NCBI GenBank assembly: GCA_042095695.1
Contig: JBELMP010000001.1
Span: 50,642 to 114,641, forward strand
Reading direction: 5' to 3'
Source of the DNA: Maricaulis sp.
GTDB lineage: Bacteria; Pseudomonadota; Alphaproteobacteria; Caulobacterales; Maricaulaceae
Length of the DNA: 64,000 nucleotides
Positions within the stretch are counted from its first letter, which is position 1, and the number at the start of each line of letters is the position of its first letter. Positions 21,763 to 31,222 of the stretch are shown piece after piece. The position numbers were made by a program, and so were the translations under genes. The notes beneath the pieces are model-generated. The model was not told where the DNA came from and searched no databases. It worked only from the letters and a program-made list of their open reading frames with translations.

Positions 21763-21901
21763 GACCAGCCTCCTATACCGCCCTGACCAGCATGAGAGGG
21801 GAGTCTCGCAGGCAAGGCGCGCGTGTTACCGCAAACATTAGGCATGCTGTGCAAGGCTTGTCGAGAGTGTCTGCAGATCGTGGCCGGGATCGCCGCGGCG
21901 A

Positions 21902-22468
21902 TTACTCCGGATCCGCCTCCATCTCCTCAATGGTCAGATGATCATTGGTGTAGACGCAGATGCGCCCGGCAATATCCATTGATTTCTCGGCGATGACCCG
22001 TGCATCCGCCTCGTATTCATAAAGCGCACGGGCGGCAGAAAGGGCGTAATTGCCGCCGGAGCCGACAGCGATCACCCCGTCTTCCGGTTCGAAAACATCC
22101 CCCGCGCCGGTCAGCAGGAAGGTCGCGGAGCGATCGGCGACGATCAGCATGGCATCCAGGCGGCGCATATATTTGTCTGTGCGCCAGTCCGTGGCGAGAT
22201 CGACGCAGGCGCGGGCGAGCTGGGAGGGATATTGCTCAAGCTTGGCCTCGAGCCGCTCGAACAGCGCGAAGGCATCGGCAGTGGCGCCGGCGAAGCCGGC
22301 AATCACCTGGCCATTGCCCAGGCGGCGGACCTTGCGGGCATTGGCCTTCATCACCGTATGGCCGATCGAGACCTGGCCATCCCCGGCGAGGACAAGCTTG
22401 CCATTCTTGCGTACCGCCAGAATTGTGGTGCCGCGCCATTTTGATGCGTCGGTATAGCTGTCACTCAT
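21902..22468 (-). CDS. hslV: ATP-dependent protease subunit HslV
   Basis: [26 protein letters not shown]. Confidence 0.97.
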   Translation of the reverse strand: MSDSYTDASKWRGTTILAVRKNGKLVLAGDGQVSIGHTVMKANARKVRRLGNGQVIAGFAGATADAFALFERLEAKLEQYPSQLARACVDLATDWRTDKYMRRLDAMLIVADRSATFLLTGAGDVFEPEDGVIAVGSGGNYALSAARALYEYEADARVIAEKSMDIAGRICVYTNDHLTIEEMEADPE

Positions 22469-22479
22469 GGCCGCTGCTC

Positions 22480-22495
22480 CGTTTCACGTGAAACC
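22480..22495. promoter_or_regulatory. parS site upstream of hslV
   Basis: cGTTTCACGTGAAACc, perfect 14-bp core at 22481-22494. Confidence 0.82.
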
Positions 22496-22558
22496 CTGAC
22501 AGCATTTGGCCTTAGGATGAGGCGGGATCAAGCCCGCGCGCGCAGAACCGCGGGCTAT

Positions 22559-24652
22559 CTACTCATTCACCGCGCGCGGGGCGTCATTGTCTTCGGCAAA
22601 ATCCACGAACTGATCAAAGGGCATGGGCCGGCCATACAGGAAGCCCTGGGCCAGGGTCGCACCCATCGCACTCAGCATGGTCATTTGCTCTGCTGTTTCC
22701 ACGCCTTCAGCCACGGTTTTCAGCTTCAGCGCCTTGGCCATGGCGAGAATGGTCTCGACCACGATCCGGTCATGCTCGTCGCTTGCCATATTCCGCACGA
22801 AGCTCTGATCGATCTTGAACACATCGAACGGCATGCGGGTCAGATAGGACAGGGAGGAATGCCCGGTCCCGAAATCATCAATGGCGAAGCTGACACCGCG
22901 TTCCCGCAGGGGTTCGACCTGTTCGATCACGCGTTGCGGGTTTTCCATCGCAATGGATTCGGTCAATTCCAGCTCCAGCAGGTGCGGCGGCAGATTAGCC
23001 TCTTCCAGCGCGGCGAGCACGCTTTCGGAGAAGCCTTCGCGTTCGAACTGCATGGCAGAGACATTGACCGCAACCGGGATTTCCAGCCCTTTCATCCGCC
23101 ATTTCGCGGCTTCCTGGCAGGCGCGACGCATCACCCAGTCGCCGATCTCGCCGATCAGACCGCATTCCTCTGCAGCCTCGATAAAAGCGCCCGGAGACAG
23201 GAGGCCGGCGGTTGGATGATTCCAGCGTACCAGCGCTTCCGATCCCGCCGTGGACCCGTCCGACATCAGGACTTTGGGCTGATAATAGACCGTCAGCTGG
23301 TTCTGCTGCACCGCATCGCGGAGCTCGTTTTCCAGCACCAGGCGTTCAAAGGCCGACTGGTTCATGGTCGGCTCGAAGAATTGCGCCGCCGATCCGCCCG
23401 TGCGCTTGGCATGAGCCATGGCCAGGTCGGCGTGGCGCATCAGGGTTTCCGGATCCGCGCCATCCTGCGGGAAGACAGCAACGCCGATACTGGCGCCCAG
23501 GAAGACCTGGTGGCTGGAGATTTCAAAGGGCAGGCGAATGGCGTCAACAAGCTTGTTAGCCACGCGTGCTGCGTCCGCACCATCTTCCACTTCAGGCAGA
23601 AGGATCGTGAATTCATCACCACCCAGGCGGGCGATCAGCGAGTGCTCGCCACCGCGACGGGCGGCCATGTCACAACCACGCACGACTTCGGTTAGACGTC
23701 GGCCAACCATTTCCAGCAGCCGGTCGCCCTCGCCCATGCCGAGGCTGTCATTGACCCGCTTGAAACGATCCAGGTCGAGGAAGAGAACCGCCCCGGTCGA
23801 GCCCTGCTCGAGCGCCTTGCGGGCGACGCGTTCCGTTTCCTTACGGAAACGCTCGCGATTGGGCAATTCGGTGACCATATCAACATAGGCCAGCCGGTGA
23901 ATGCGTTTGAGGGACCCGTCCAGTCGCGCAAACATGCGATTGAAAGCATTGGCCAGAACTTCCAGCTCGTCACCGGTGCGCACCTGAATGCGCATGTCCA
24001 GGGTTTTCGACGAGGCATGGCGTGCGGCCTCGGTCAGGGTCTTGATCGGCTTCAGCGCACGATTGACCAGAAGGGCCGCCAGCGGCAGGGAAAAGATAAG
24101 CATCAGTATGGCGAGAATGGCCTGGCGGCGGATCATCGCATTGCGGGAGGCCGGCAATTCCAGCAGGTATTGCTTGGTATAGATGACACCGACCAGGCGG
24201 CGCGCATCGGTATAGACCGGGACCGCGATTTCCAGCGTCAGCCCCTCAAGCTTGGTGCGCTCATCCCCCGCGCCAAGCGCCATGACGGCGAGGTCAGCAG
24301 CATGCAGCCGGCCCTCATCACGAGCCTCGGCAAATGCCTCGCCCAACACTTCGCGGCGATTATTCAGCGCATAGATTTCCGCCGCATTGGCGGAGGTGCG
24401 CAGCTCGGTGATGTAGTCCTGAACGAAGCCGTTCTGGTCGGAGATGAAATCATTGGCAAGCCGGGTTGCAGCAGCGCGCAGGGACTGCACATTGCGCTCG
24501 ACCAGCATATTGCGGGTTTCATTATGCGAGGACACGCCTTCCAGCGTCATCAGAATCGCAACTGTCGCGAAGATCATCGTTCCTGTGAGAAGCGTAAACT
24601 TCATCACAAGTGATTTCATGACCCGCGATACCGCTTTGCGGATGGGTGCCAT
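22559..24652 (-). CDS. Membrane HAMP-GGDEF-EAL diguanylate cyclase/phosphodiesterase
   Basis: Two TM segments, HAMP (GDELEVLANAFNRM), RLGGDEF, EALVRW, DDFGTG. Confidence 0.95.
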   Translation of the reverse strand: MAPIRKAVSRVMKSLVMKFTLLTGTMIFATVAILMTLEGVSSHNETRNMLVERNVQSLRAAATRLANDFISDQNGFVQDYITELRTSANAAEIYALNNRREVLGEAFAEARDEGRLHAADLAVMALGAGDERTKLEGLTLEIAVPVYTDARRLVGVIYTKQYLLELPASRNAMIRRQAILAILMLIFSLPLAALLVNRALKPIKTLTEAARHASSKTLDMRIQVRTGDELEVLANAFNRMFARLDGSLKRIHRLAYVDMVTELPNRERFRKETERVARKALEQGSTGAVLFLDLDRFKRVNDSLGMGEGDRLLEMVGRRLTEVVRGCDMAARRGGEHSLIARLGGDEFTILLPEVEDGADAARVANKLVDAIRLPFEISSHQVFLGASIGVAVFPQDGADPETLMRHADLAMAHAKRTGGSAAQFFEPTMNQSAFERLVLENELRDAVQQNQLTVYYQPKVLMSDGSTAGSEALVRWNHPTAGLLSPGAFIEAAEECGLIGEIGDWVMRRACQEAAKWRMKGLEIPVAVNVSAMQFEREGFSESVLAALEEANLPPHLLELELTESIAMENPQRVIEQVEPLRERGVSFAIDDFGTGHSSLSYLTRMPFDVFKIDQSFVRNMASDEHDRIVVETILAMAKALKLKTVAEGVETAEQMTMLSAMGATLAQGFLYGRPMPFDQFVDFAEDNDAPRAVNE

Positions 24653-24758
24653 ATTAACCCCACTTGCGGACCTTTCTGGCCCACGTCACTTCCAATCGTA
24701 GAGGGGCTTGGCTCTTGTCGGCTTGCCCCCTTCACGAGCAAACAATGACAGCAACCAT

Positions 24759-24773
24759 TTTAAGCGTGGTTAA
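24759..24773 (-). promoter_or_regulatory. CtrA-like site upstream of the GGDEF-EAL gene
   Basis: Minus strand TTAA-ccacgct-TAAA (7/8), containing the TTAACC half-site, in an AT-rich intergenic region. Confidence 0.55.
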
Positions 24774-24821
24774 TGGCGATGATTTTTTTCATCAAATTGA
24801 GAAGGCAGGTGTAAGAATCCG

Positions 24822-25829
24822 TTAGGAAATTTCGATTCCGGCCTGTTCTGTAAGGGCTTTCAGCTCGACTTCCGGGCGGGCGCCAAAATGCGAGATCACC
24901 TCCGCAGCGGCGATCGCGCCCATGCGCCCGGCATCCTCAAGTGAGGTGTTGCGTGCCAGGCCGAGCAGGAATCCCGCGGCGAAAAGATCGCCGGCACCGG
25001 TAGTGTCGACCAGGGTTTCAACCGGGGCCGCGGCGATGATCGCGGTTTCCTCGCCACGAACAATGACCGCACCGTCTTCACCGCGGGTTATGGCGGCAAT
25101 CTCGACTTGCGTCCGCGCGCGCGCAATCGCGGCGTCGAAATCATCGGTCTCGTAAAGCGCCATGATCTCGGCCTCATTGGCGACAAGGATATCGATATGA
25201 TTGGCCACCAGGTGCTGGAAGGCCGGACGATGCCGCTCGACGCAAAAGAGATCGGACAGGGTCAGGGCCGTCCGGCGCTGGGCGGCGGCGGCCAGTTCGG
25301 CGGCACGCACATAGCCGCGCTTGGCTTCTTCGCGGTCAAACAGATAGCCCTCCAGATAGATGATTTCCGAGGCGCGCAGCTTGTCCGCCCCGTGCTGGAC
25401 ATCGTCTTCGGTGACCAGGGCGGCTGCGCCCAGGAAGGTCGACATGGAACGCTGCGCATCCGGGGTCACATTGATCAGGCAGCGCGCCGTCGCCGGCCCG
25501 TCCTGCAAGGGCGGTGTGTCGAAATCCACCCCGATCGCCCGGATGTCATGGGTGAAGATCTCTCCGAGCTGGTCGTCAGCCACCTTGCCGACATAGGCGG
25601 CCTTGCCGCCAAGCGAGGCGATGCCGGCGACCGTATTGGCTGCCGATCCGCCGGAGGCCTCCTTGCCCGCCTGCATTCTGGAATAGAGATAGGTCGCGCG
25701 TTCCTCATCGATGAGGTTCATCGCCGCCTTGGGGATTCCCTCCTGCTCCAGGAAGTCATCGGTCGCGGGGGAGATGACATCAACAATCGCATTGCCGACG
25801 GCAAGAACATCATACTGGCGGGCAGACAT
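24822..25829 (-). CDS. PfkB family carbohydrate/adenosine kinase
   Basis: GNAIVD, GGSAAN, DTTGAGD. Confidence 0.93.
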   Translation of the reverse strand: MSARQYDVLAVGNAIVDVISPATDDFLEQEGIPKAAMNLIDEERATYLYSRMQAGKEASGGSAANTVAGIASLGGKAAYVGKVADDQLGEIFTHDIRAIGVDFDTPPLQDGPATARCLINVTPDAQRSMSTFLGAAALVTEDDVQHGADKLRASEIIYLEGYLFDREEAKRGYVRAAELAAAAQRRTALTLSDLFCVERHRPAFQHLVANHIDILVANEAEIMALYETDDFDAAIARARTQVEIAAITRGEDGAVIVRGEETAIIAAAPVETLVDTTGAGDLFAAGFLLGLARNTSLEDAGRMGAIAAAEVISHFGARPEVELKALTEQAGIEIS

Positions 25830-25963
25830 GGCGGGGTCCTGAACATGAAGGGCGGAGAACTGGCGAGAGCCTTAATCGCAGCCGGGCGCCGGGGCAAGGC
25901 TTGCGGGCACGCAGGGCGGTGTTATGAGGTGGTGAACTCTCCAGCCGTCCGCCGAGCCCGCCC

Positions 25964-26857
25964 ATGTCCCGACCTGATATGCGAGTCGCCTTTCTGACCG
26001 CCAGCTGCATGTTCAAATCAAGCCCCGACGCCCGGCTTGACCATTGGGAGCATGATCTGGAATGGGACCAGATCGCCCCGGCCTGCCAAGAGGCCGGCAT
26101 TCAGCTCGAGGCGCGGATCTGGGACAGCCCCGATTTTGATCCTGCACTTTACGACGCCGTGGTGATCGGCACGTGCTGGGATTATATGGAAAAGCCCGAT
26201 CAGTTTGGCGGTGTTCTGGCTGAATGCGCTGCGCGCTCTACACTGCTTAACCCGCTTCCCACCGTCATGTGGAATACCCGCAAGACCTATCTCAAGGATC
26301 TCGCCGGGCCTGGTGCGCCAATGATCCCCACCATCTGGGCCGACAAGGCCGATGCGGCGACGATCAACGCGGCGTTCGAGGTGCTGGGCTGTGATGATGT
26401 CGTGGTCAAGCCGGTTCTGGGGGCCGGGGCCTGGCGCCAGGCGCGGGTAAAGCGTGGCGAGGCGCTTCCGGAGGCCGAAAAGCTTCCGCCCGCCGAGACG
26501 ATGATCCAGCCCTTCCTGCCTTCAGTGGCTGAAGAGGGCGAATACGCCTTCCTTTTCTTCAATCGGGAATTCTCTCATTGCGCCCTGAAACGCCCGGCCG
26601 CGGGCGATTATCGGGTGCAATCGGAATATGGCGGGTATGAAGCCGTGCATACGCCCAGCGCGGACGAGCTCGCCCTTGCCCAGACAGTGATCGACAGTGT
26701 CGACGGTGATCTACTCTATGCCCGCGTTGACATGCTGCGCGGCCTGGACGGCAAGCTCGCCCTGATCGAGCTGGAACTGATCGAACCCTATCTCTATCCG
26801 GAGCAGGGACCCGAGTTTGGCGCAAACTTCGCAAAAGCGCTGAAGGCGCTGGTTTAG
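25964..26857 (+). CDS. ATP-grasp fold protein (GshB/RimK-like)
   Basis: WDY, WNTRKTYL, VVKP, QPFL, YARVD, ELELIEP. Confidence 0.85.
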   Translation: MSRPDMRVAFLTASCMFKSSPDARLDHWEHDLEWDQIAPACQEAGIQLEARIWDSPDFDPALYDAVVIGTCWDYMEKPDQFGGVLAECAARSTLLNPLPTVMWNTRKTYLKDLAGPGAPMIPTIWADKADAATINAAFEVLGCDDVVVKPVLGAGAWRQARVKRGEALPEAEKLPPAETMIQPFLPSVAEEGEYAFLFFNREFSHCALKRPAAGDYRVQSEYGGYEAVHTPSADELALAQTVIDSVDGDLLYARVDMLRGLDGKLALIELELIEPYLYPEQGPEFGANFAKALKALV

Positions 26858-26954
26858 AACCGCACCCTCCTGACACCTCCCCCGTTCACGCGGCTGACAA
26901 GGCGCGCTAGGCTGGGATCGACTCAGAACGAAATCCTCAGAAAGCGGGTGCGCC

Positions 26955-29741
26955 ATGGCCACGCAAAGACCGGTTGATGAAAACAGCCATGTCTATCTCA
27001 TTGACGGGTCGGGCTATATTTTCCGTGCCTATCACGCCTTGCCGCCGCTGACCCGGTCTGACGGGACGCCGGTCGGCGCGGTTCAGGGCTTTTGCAACAT
27101 GCTCTGGAAACTGCTCGAGGATTTGAAGGGCGAGGATGCGCCCTCGCATCTCGCAGTGATTTTCGATCATTCCGGCAAATCCTTCCGCAATGATCTTTAC
27201 CCGCAATACAAGGCCCATCGTCCGCCGGCGCCGGAGGATCTGGTGCCGCAATTCTCCATCATCCGTGATGCCACGCGGGCTTTTGGCACGCCCTGTATCG
27301 AGAGGGAGAATTACGAGGCTGACGACATCATCGCGACCTACGCCCGCATGGCCGAGGCGAAGGGGGCGGATGTCACAATTGTCTCCTCGGACAAGGATTT
27401 GATGCAGCTCGTCTCCGATCGCGTTTCCATGTTCGATGCGATGAAGAACAAGCGTATCCAGGCGCCGGAAGTGGCGGAAAAATTCGGGGTAGGTCCGGAC
27501 CGGGTGATCGATATCCAGTCCCTGGCCGGTGACAGCGTTGATAATGTGCCCGGCGTGCCCGGCATTGGCGTGAAGACGGCAGCGCTCTTGATCAATGAGT
27601 ATGGCGATCTTGACACCCTCCTGTCACGGGCCGAGGAGATCAAGCAGAAGGGCCGGCGTGAAAAACTCCTCGCCCATGCCGATGATGCGCGCATTTCCCG
27701 CGATCTGGTCACCCTCAAGACCGACACGCCACTGGATGATCCGCTGGAAGATTTCGGCTTGTCCGACCCGGACCCTGACACGCTGGTGACATTCCTGAAA
27801 GAGATGGAATTCCGGACCTTTACCCGCAAGGTCGAAGAGGCGCTGGGGGCGCCGGCAGCCGATGAAAGCGGCGATGCGACAGCCCCCATCGACCGGTCGA
27901 AATATGCCTGTGTCACCGAGATGGCCGATCTGAAACGCTGGATCGCGCGCGCCGAGACCACAGGTCTTGTCGCCGTGGATACCGAGACGGATGCGCTGTC
28001 CGCGACCGCCTCCGGCCTGGTCGGGGTCTGCCTGGCCACCGCGCCGGGTGAGGCCTGCTATATCCCGCTCGCCCATGTCGATCCGGACGGGTCCGGGGAT
28101 ATGTTCGACACCGGCGCTGCGCCGGTGCAAATCCCGATGGACGAGGCGCTGGCGGCGCTCAAACCGATGCTGGAAAACCCGGCCATCCTCAAAATCGGGC
28201 AGAATTTCAAATATGACCTGTCGGTGCTTGGGCGTTACGGCATTGATGTCGCGCCCTATGACGACACGATGCTGCTTTCCTATGTGATGGCGGCAGGTCT
28301 GGAAAAACACGGCATGGATGCGCTGGCGGAAAAGCATCTCGGCCATGCATGCATCCCGTTCAAGGAGATTTGCGGCACCGGCAAGTCTCAGATCAGTTTC
28401 GACAAAGTCCCTCTGGACAAAGCCACCGCCTATGCTGCCGAAGATGCGGATGTGACGCTGCGGCTCTGGGAGATTCTCAAGCCCGCCATGGTCGCGAAGA
28501 AAAAGGCGACGGTCTATGAGACGCTGGAACGCCCGATGCCGAAAGTGCTCTCGGATATGGAGCGCGCCGGGATCAAGGTCGATCCGGACCAGCTTCACCG
28601 CCTATCCTCTGATTTCGCCCAGAAAATGATGGCCGCCGAAGCCACGGCCCAGGAGGCTGCCGGCCGCGAATTCAATCTCGGCTCGCCCAAGCAGATCGGC
28701 GAGATCCTGTTCGGCGAGATGGGCCTGCCCGGCGGCAAAAAGACCAAGACCGGCGCCTGGTCGACCGATGCGGCCGTGCTCGACAGCCTCGCGGCGGAGG
28801 GCCATGCCCTGCCGGTCGCACTCCTGGAGTACCGGCAATTTCAAAAGCTTAAATCAACCTACGCCGATGCGCTGATCGATCATATCAATCGGGACACCGG
28901 GCGTGTGCATACCTCCTTCTCCCTGGCGGCGACGACGACAGGGCGATTATCCTCGACTGAGCCCAATCTGCAGAACATCCCGATCCGCACCGAGGAAGGC
29001 CGCAAGATCCGTGAAGTCTTCATCGCCGAGCCGGGCAATGTCCTGGTCGCGGCGGATTACTCCCAGGTCGAGCTGCGGCTTCTGGCCCATATCGCCGGAG
29101 TGGATGCGCTGAAAGATGCTTTCCGGAACGGGGTCGATATTCACGCCATGACCGCATCGGAAGTGTTCAATACGCCAATCGAAGGCATGGACCCGATGGT
29201 GCGCCGCAAGGCCAAGGCGATCAATTTCGGTGTTATTTACGGCATTTCCGCCTTTGGTCTCGCCAACCAGATCGATGTCTCGCGCGAGGAGGCCAAGGCC
29301 TTTATCGATGCCTATTTCGAAAAATTCCCGGGTATTGCCGACTATATGGAGGCGATGAAGGCGCAGGCCAAAGAGACCGGCTATGTCGAGACGATTTTCG
29401 GCCGCCGGGCGCATTTCCCGTCCATTCGCGACAAGAATCCCAATATGCGCATGTTTGCGGAACGCCAGGCCATCAATGCGCCGATCCAGGGCTCGGCCGC
29501 CGATGTCATCCGCCGGGCCATGATCCGCATGCCCGACGCGATCCGCCGCGCCAATCTCGGCGCGCGCATGCTCCTGCAGGTGCATGATGAACTGGTGTTC
29601 GAAGTGCCTGAAAACCAGGCGGATCAGCTGATCAGCCTGACCCGGGAGGTTATGTCAGGAGCCTGTCACCCGGCGCTCGCGCTTTCCGTGCCGCTGGAGG
29701 TGGATGCCAAGGCCGGCGCGACCTGGGGCGAGGCGCATTGA
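26955..29741 (+). CDS. polA: DNA polymerase I
   Basis: 5'-3' exonuclease (IDGS, EADD), 3'-5' exonuclease (DTET) and polymerase motifs (DYSQVELR, KAINFG, QVHDEL). Confidence 0.98.
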   Translation: MATQRPVDENSHVYLIDGSGYIFRAYHALPPLTRSDGTPVGAVQGFCNMLWKLLEDLKGEDAPSHLAVIFDHSGKSFRNDLYPQYKAHRPPAPEDLVPQFSIIRDATRAFGTPCIERENYEADDIIATYARMAEAKGADVTIVSSDKDLMQLVSDRVSMFDAMKNKRIQAPEVAEKFGVGPDRVIDIQSLAGDSVDNVPGVPGIGVKTAALLINEYGDLDTLLSRAEEIKQKGRREKLLAHADDARISRDLVTLKTDTPLDDPLEDFGLSDPDPDTLVTFLKEMEFRTFTRKVEEALGAPAADESGDATAPIDRSKYACVTEMADLKRWIARAETTGLVAVDTETDALSATASGLVGVCLATAPGEACYIPLAHVDPDGSGDMFDTGAAPVQIPMDEALAALKPMLENPAILKIGQNFKYDLSVLGRYGIDVAPYDDTMLLSYVMAAGLEKHGMDALAEKHLGHACIPFKEICGTGKSQISFDKVPLDKATAYAAEDADVTLRLWEILKPAMVAKKKATVYETLERPMPKVLSDMERAGIKVDPDQLHRLSSDFAQKMMAAEATAQEAAGREFNLGSPKQIGEILFGEMGLPGGKKTKTGAWSTDAAVLDSLAAEGHALPVALLEYRQFQKLKSTYADALIDHINRDTGRVHTSFSLAATTTGRLSSTEPNLQNIPIRTEEGRKIREVFIAEPGNVLVAADYSQVELRLLAHIAGVDALKDAFRNGVDIHAMTASEVFNTPIEGMDPMVRRKAKAINFGVIYGISAFGLANQIDVSREEAKAFIDAYFEKFPGIADYMEAMKAQAKETGYVETIFGRRAHFPSIRDKNPNMRMFAERQAINAPIQGSAADVIRRAMIRMPDAIRRANLGARMLLQVHDELVFEVPENQADQLISLTREVMSGACHPALALSVPLEVDAKAGATWGEAH

Positions 29742-30052
29742 TGCTTTGGGCGATCACACTTTTCTTTCAGTCTGTCGATTTCGTACCTGCCTGTCCCGTG
29801 CCGACGCCGGCGCCTGTAGTGATGGTCGCTCCAGAAATGAGAGGGCACTGGGATCGTGGACTTGAGTTCCCGGTCACCGCTACCGCCGAGTTTGACATCG
29901 ATTTAAACGGCGCGCCGATCAATATATTGGTCGATGCGCCAACTCGGATGGTCGAAATATCAGTTATTCGGGCCGTAGAGCGTATGCGTTTCAATCCGAG
30001 CGATGCCTGTCGCTGCGCTGAATGGATATACATACTCGAAATGACCGACTAG
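29741..30052 (+). CDS. Small protein with TonB C-terminal-like fold (tentative)
   Basis: ATG overlaps the polA stop (TGATG). Pro-rich segment followed by AEFDIDLNGAPINI...AVERMRFNP. Confidence 0.5.
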   Translation: MLWAITLFFQSVDFVPACPVPTPAPVVMVAPEMRGHWDRGLEFPVTATAEFDIDLNGAPINILVDAPTRMVEISVIRAVERMRFNPSDACRCAEWIYILEMTD

Positions 30053-30576
30053 TCCGCCCGACGACACGCAAACCCTTGCCGCGTGGTGTCCGCCGCCTCA
30101 ATACTCACGCCTCCTGACAGGATGCGGCGATAAAGGACGAGGCCTGTCTCGCTGGGTGAATGCACGATAAATTCACCCTCTTGGCTGTCGTCCTGTGTCA
30201 GGAGCAGCGGGGGGATTGGCACGCCTTCGGGAAAGCTGTGATTATCGATCCGGTAAAAATTATTGGTCCGCGCATCATAGAAACTCAGCACGGCGAGCGC
30301 GCCATGGCCGAGCGCAGGCATGGTGATGGAGAGCGGGCCCTGGGAAAGATCATACATGCAGCCGGAATAGAGAATATCCGGGCTGGGACGGACAACGCTT
30401 CTTGAGGTCTCGTCGATCGGCGGAGCATGGCCCTGCGAATTATAGGCGCCGCCGAAGACTTCGAATTGCTCCAGCGTCTTGGACATGATGTAGGGCGGGA
30501 TAAAGCCGATCGTGAGCTGAAAACCGAGCAGGAGGCCAATCAGCGCGGCGGCAGCAGGCATGGCTATCCGGATCAT
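30049..30576 (-). CDS. DUF1254 domain membrane-anchored protein
   Basis: N-terminal TM segment, RPSPDILYSGCMYDLSQGP; ATGA coupling to the upstream gene. Confidence 0.75.
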   Translation of the reverse strand: MIRIAMPAAAALIGLLLGFQLTIGFIPPYIMSKTLEQFEVFGGAYNSQGHAPPIDETSRSVVRPSPDILYSGCMYDLSQGPLSITMPALGHGALAVLSFYDARTNNFYRIDNHSFPEGVPIPPLLLTQDDSQEGEFIVHSPSETGLVLYRRILSGGVSIEAADTTRQGFACRRAD

Positions 30577-31151
30577 GATGACGCTCCGCAATCGAGACGC
30601 TCAATGGAGGGCAGGATGGCGCGGCCGGGGTCCTCGACAATCTCCTCGATTGGCTTGTACAGCCGGAGGGTGAGGTTGAATGCGCCGGCATTCTGGGTCG
30701 AGATCCAGGCGCCCTCGGCGCGATTGGGTGACACTGTCGCGGCAAACCCAATCGGAGCCAGGCCGAAATCGTCGGCGGTTACAGAATGCGCCTCCAGGCC
30801 ATTGACGGCGAGAAAATCATCCTCGGCATATAGCGTCACGCTCCACCAGAAAGCATCCGGAAGACCCGGGAAAGCCAGACGATAAGTGCATGCCTCCTGC
30901 AGGGGCCGTCCCTCGCTATCCTGATCGGCGGAGAAATACATCGCCTGTTCCCGCGACAGCGCCAGCAAACCCCGGCGCGCGACAACCGCACGCACCAGTC
31001 CCGGCGCATCCGGCGACCCGATCAGCGTATTGGTGCGCCACGGTCCGACACTGACACCGCCAAAATCGGCAGGTCCGAAAATCAGGAACAGGGCCGAACC
31101 AATTCCGATTACAAGTCCGGTCAGGCCGGCGAGCAGGCTGCGAATAATCAT
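30573..31151 (-). CDS. DUF1214 domain membrane-anchored protein
   Basis: N-terminal TM segment, DSEGRPL, FWWSVTLY, LTLRLYKP. Confidence 0.8.
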   Translation of the reverse strand: MIIRSLLAGLTGLVIGIGSALFLIFGPADFGGVSVGPWRTNTLIGSPDAPGLVRAVVARRGLLALSREQAMYFSADQDSEGRPLQEACTYRLAFPGLPDAFWWSVTLYAEDDFLAVNGLEAHSVTADDFGLAPIGFAATVSPNRAEGAWISTQNAGAFNLTLRLYKPIEEIVEDPGRAILPSIERLDCGASS

Positions 31152-31222
31152 GCGACCGACCCTAGCGATCTCGACCGTGGACAGCAAATCGCGCTAGGCG
31201 GAAGACAGCCAAGGAGTATGTG

